In this document: piece after piece, positions 60,731 to 64,000 of the stretch
Layout of the letters: the number at the start of each line of letters is the position of its first letter
Position numbering within the stretch: the first letter of the stretch is position 1
DNA from: Candidatus Latescibacterota bacterium
Lineage (GTDB): Bacteria > Latescibacterota > UBA2968 > GCA-2709665
Reading direction: 5' to 3'
DNA length: 64,000 nucleotides
Assembly: GCA_965219455.1 (NCBI GenBank)
Contig: OZ244744.1
Location: forward strand, 4,416,001 to 4,480,000
Made by a program: the position numbers and the translations under genes
The notes under the pieces: generated by a model
Databases searched by the model: none
Told to the model about the DNA's origin: nothing
Seen by the model: only the letters and a program-made list of their open reading frames with translations

Positions 60731-61651
60731 ATGGAAAACCACTTGTTAATGCGGACCTTAGAACGTGACGGCAAGAGCCTCAAGTGGGACCGCGCGCGCA
60801 TTGAAATATTCGAGTCTCTCATTCGAGAAACTTCCTTTTTTTTCGCGGAGCTCGAACGCTCAATGCCTAACCCTTCACCGTTCGACGAAGGTGAAGCCCT
60901 TGGCCAATGTCTCAACGGATCTTACGATCAGCAACAAGCCAAATCCTGGATTGTTGTCCATTTATACGGACATGCGGTTCGGCAGGCAAACGCGATAGGA
61001 ATACTAATTGAACAGTCGTGCATTCGAGCGGGGCTTCAGCTATGGCGGTCGCTCTTTGAAGCTCACGTGATTTGCGATTTTCTTGTTAAGTCATGCAAAG
61101 ATACGCCGCAAGTCTATCAAGATTACATTAGCCATAGTCTATTGCGGTTCGCCATTCGTCACAAGGAGAACTACAATAAACTTCGCAGGGAGAAGAGAAA
61201 GCAACCCTACTACGACGAGTCCGAAATCTGCTCCATGATACAACAATTCAAACGCAAATATGGTTCTCCATCCAATGACTATTCCTGGACAAAGTCGATC
61301 CTTGGAAATTCGACGAAGTTCAGGACAATATTGGATCGGACGGAAAGCGATATGAAGATTTTCTACGATTTAAGTTCGAAGGAAGTTCATCCTACGATCG
61401 GACATAGATTCGCCTTAGCTGGCGTTCGTCTGCCCTTGCCAATGGTTCCTTTGATGCCTTTCAACGATGAATTCAAAATTGAGCAGATGTACCTCGACTA
61501 TTTGACTGCCAAGCCATTGGCCCAAATGACCAACCAAGTAGGTGACACTCTGGTTCTCGACGAACCAATGCGGCAGCACTTTGCATCTCTTCAGGCATTG
61601 GGTACAGACGTGGTCGGCAAGTTGGCTGGAGAAATGTCAATCAGTGATTGA
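60731..61651 (+). CDS. DUF5677-like helical protein (possible HEPN-like effector)
   Basis: WRSLFE..., YSW, YDLSSKEVHP pattern; AT-rich. Confidence 0.6.
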   Translation: MENHLLMRTLERDGKSLKWDRARIEIFESLIRETSFFFAELERSMPNPSPFDEGEALGQCLNGSYDQQQAKSWIVVHLYGHAVRQANAIGILIEQSCIRAGLQLWRSLFEAHVICDFLVKSCKDTPQVYQDYISHSLLRFAIRHKENYNKLRREKRKQPYYDESEICSMIQQFKRKYGSPSNDYSWTKSILGNSTKFRTILDRTESDMKIFYDLSSKEVHPTIGHRFALAGVRLPLPMVPLMPFNDEFKIEQMYLDYLTAKPLAQMTNQVGDTLVLDEPMRQHFASLQALGTDVVGKLAGEMSISD

Positions 61652-62049
61652 CTACAACCCTTTGCAAGTCCCTCGATGACTGGTGATAAATGCCAACGAC
61701 AATCTTGTGCATGGGAAATCACAGCACGACTTCGGTACCATTCCCCAGGCCGGCGTAACCCACGTTCCCGACGGCCCGCCCTCAGTCTCGCTTGATGTGA
61801 CCTCCGCAACCTACCCCGCTGGCTACGTTAGACGATCATCTCCTGGAATTGAGGGGTATCGTCGCGGTCTTGTCCTGACTAAAATCCAGCGACATTCCAT
61901 TGTGTGCATCGGAACTCTTTTTCGAACCCTCCCAAATGGGCCCCAACTGAAATTGCATAACCTGCGGAAGCGCCGCACTGCCGCAAGTGATATGTTTCTT
62001 CTGTGTGGGATCGAGCTTGAGACAGCGATTTGACAAGGCGAAAACGTCT

Positions 62050-62622
62050 ATGGAGTTCCAGATTGAAGTAGAAACCGTCGACGTTCTCTCCGAATTCGGC
62101 CAGGTGCCGATTGCTTTCGAAGTGAAGAGCCGCTTTCGGGTCGAACGTGTCGCGAATGGCCTGGGCGGGTTCCGGCTGGTCGAGGAAACCGTGGATCCAC
62201 CCTATACGAAGGATTACGACCAACCTGACGGCCCCGAGCGCTGGACCCGGCAATCGTGGGACCTTTCGAATTGGATCCTTCTGGGCGCGTTCCTTGGGGA
62301 TGAGCGCAACGGCGCAATCGTCGCATTTCACGTGGACGGTCTGAACTACTGTGAAGGGCGGGAAGACCTCGTAGGCCTGTGGGACATTCGCGTCCGCCCG
62401 GAGTACCGTGGACAGGGTGTCGACAGGATGTTATACCAACATGCCGAGACCAGCGCCAGGAATCGTGGATGCACTCAGTTGAAGATCGAAACCCAGAACG
62501 TCAATGTCGCCGCCTGCCGTTTTTACGCGCGCATTGGCGTGCGCCTAGGCAAGGTCCATCTGTACGCCTATCACGCTGAAGGCCTGAACGAGGTGGAATT
62601 GACCCGGTACGAGGATCTGTAG
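62050..62622 (+). CDS. GNAT acetyltransferase (streptothricin acetyltransferase-like)
   Basis: WDIRVRPEYRGQG, IETQNVNVAACRFY. Confidence 0.82.
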   Translation: MEFQIEVETVDVLSEFGQVPIAFEVKSRFRVERVANGLGGFRLVEETVDPPYTKDYDQPDGPERWTRQSWDLSNWILLGAFLGDERNGAIVAFHVDGLNYCEGREDLVGLWDIRVRPEYRGQGVDRMLYQHAETSARNRGCTQLKIETQNVNVAACRFYARIGVRLGKVHLYAYHAEGLNEVELTRYEDL

Positions 62623-62724
62623 TGTGCACGTACGAGAAAGTCCGGGTACTTGCAGCGCGTCTTGTAGATTCCAACTCGAAATTTGTCTTTTCCGGCACGT
62701 TTGTTTCCAGATAGAGGTGACTTA

Positions 62725-63768
62725 ATGTTATACAAACTTTCGTCGACCGAAGGGAAATTCGATACGCTTGAACCCGTGGCATTCAAGGATTTCACAAGCT
62801 ATAAAAACGTCGAAAAAGACCTGGAAGATTTGATCGCAAAGAGCATCTTGGATGTACTGTTTGAGGAATCAAGTCTAATGCCAGTGTTCCAAGAACGGAA
62901 AGGCCAGGCCAAAGCGGATATCTATGCACTAGACGAACGAGGCGAGTTGGTCATTTTTGAGTTAAAAAGAGGTTCAACGGGTGAAGACGCCGTGCATCAG
63001 GCTCTACGCTATGCACAAAGCGCCGGTCAATGGAATTACGAAACGATACAGAAAGAATACCGCGAGTACAGGAAAAAATCGAAACACGCTGACGGAGATG
63101 AAATCGACCTGCGCAAAGCGCACAAAGAAGCATTTGGCCTCGAACATCAACTGGACGCAAGAGACATAAACAGCAGACAAAGATTGATCGTAATCGGAAG
63201 CGCAGCTGACGAAACCCTCATCAATGCTGTGGACTATTGGAAGAATCAGGGAATTTCAATCAACTTCCTGCCGTATAGAATTTATGAACTGAACAATGAG
63301 AAATATTTCGAATTCTTCGCGTTGCCATATGACAAGCATCGAAATCCAAATTCTATTAAGGGCGTGCTATTCGATACCAACAAGAGCTACAATGAAGAAT
63401 CGATCTGGGAAATGATCGAACATAGCCGAGTCGCAGCATGGGGAAATACAAAGCATTTCGTCGGATACATACATCCGGGCGACGTTGTTTTCCTTTCCCA
63501 CAGAGGGACCGGCATCGTTGCTGCTGGTAAAGTAAAGAGAGGTGACATCGAAAAGCGTGAAGAGGAGGATATGTGGTTTAGGCAAGTGGAATTTAGCACG
63601 CCAATACCAATAAGAAATCAGAAAATCCGTGCAATGGATTTTCGAAGAGTGTCTGAAATTACCGGAAAGAGCTTCTTCTGGGCGCGCACGATAAAGGTGC
63701 CATACCTCACAAAGGAGGAAGCCGAAGACTTGGAAGCAGAATTGGATGCGCACCTTTCATATATCTGA
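62725..63768 (+). CDS. NucS-like PD-(D/E)XK endonuclease with C-terminal EVE/PUA-like domain
   Basis: EKDLE, ADIYALD..IFELKR..QALRY; C-terminal IHPGDVVFLSHRGTGIVAAGKV. Confidence 0.75.
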   Translation: MLYKLSSTEGKFDTLEPVAFKDFTSYKNVEKDLEDLIAKSILDVLFEESSLMPVFQERKGQAKADIYALDERGELVIFELKRGSTGEDAVHQALRYAQSAGQWNYETIQKEYREYRKKSKHADGDEIDLRKAHKEAFGLEHQLDARDINSRQRLIVIGSAADETLINAVDYWKNQGISINFLPYRIYELNNEKYFEFFALPYDKHRNPNSIKGVLFDTNKSYNEESIWEMIEHSRVAAWGNTKHFVGYIHPGDVVFLSHRGTGIVAAGKVKRGDIEKREEEDMWFRQVEFSTPIPIRNQKIRAMDFRRVSEITGKSFFWARTIKVPYLTKEEAEDLEAELDAHLSYI

Positions 63769-63781
63769 ACCCACAACGCCG

Positions 63782-63868
63782 ATATCGCACATCAATGACC
63801 AGTGGCGCGTGTGCTTTGTCTGGACAGACCGGGGCGCCATGGAAATCGAAGTTACCGACTACCACTGA
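63782..63868 (+). pseudogene. higB: 3' remnant of HigB toxin gene
   Basis: Hand translation ISHINDQWRVCFVWTDRGAMEIEVTDYH-stop; no N-terminal portion. Confidence 0.85.
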
Positions 63869-63879
63869 GGAGGGTGCCA

Positions 63880-64000
63880 ATGACAGCCCCTGAACCGATA
63901 CACCCGGGAGAACATCTGGCGGAGATCGTGGAGGAACTCGGCATCACACAATACCGCCTGGCCAAGACGATAGGCGTGCCGCAAATACGCATCCACGATA
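63880..64000 (+). CDS. higA: HigA family antitoxin, 5' part
   Basis: GGAGG RBS; MTAPEPIHPGEHLAEIVEELGITQYRLAKTIGVP. Confidence 0.9.
   Translation, partial: MTAPEPIHPGEHLAEIVEELGITQYRLAKTIGVPQIRIHD

Noticed and set aside
62632-62650. RNase P RNA start (gagaaagtccggg)
   Set aside because: The intergenic space is only ~100 nt and there is no matching 3' element

Overview
GC-rich bacterial chromosome window. The WD40 N-terminus and the heparinase II/III, DHDPS and cyclase content suggest a sponge-symbiont-like lineage such as Latescibacterota, Gemmatimonadota or Poribacteria; this is inference only. Positions 1-15.4 kb hold a carbohydrate/glycosaminoglycan-catabolic block. Positions 15.5-44 kb are core genes (slt, rdgB, amidase, smpB, mnmG, bioB, efp, accB, accC, gcvH, scpAB, cmk, plsC, rpsA, mtaB, mutS, rel), and 44-54.8 kb are miscellaneous metabolic genes. 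From about 54.85 kb to the end lies an AT-richer defence island: DUF262-DUF1524 (GmrSD-like), an MmeI-like single-chain R-M enzyme, a DUF5677-like protein, a GNAT, a NucS-like/EVE-like nuclease, a higB remnant and higA. The strongest unexplained signal is a ~670-nt, promoter-driven, heavily base-paired non-coding RNA (about 55030-55700, + strand) at the head of the island. It has paired ends, nested long-range helices, a pseudoknot and a loop-loop kissing interaction. Also present are a second promoter-driven structured RNA candidate (about 905-1243, - strand), a degenerate ~72-bp tandem array (229-527) and at least three MITE families, some nested and some inserted at stop codons. All helices were found by eye; no folding or database search was run.
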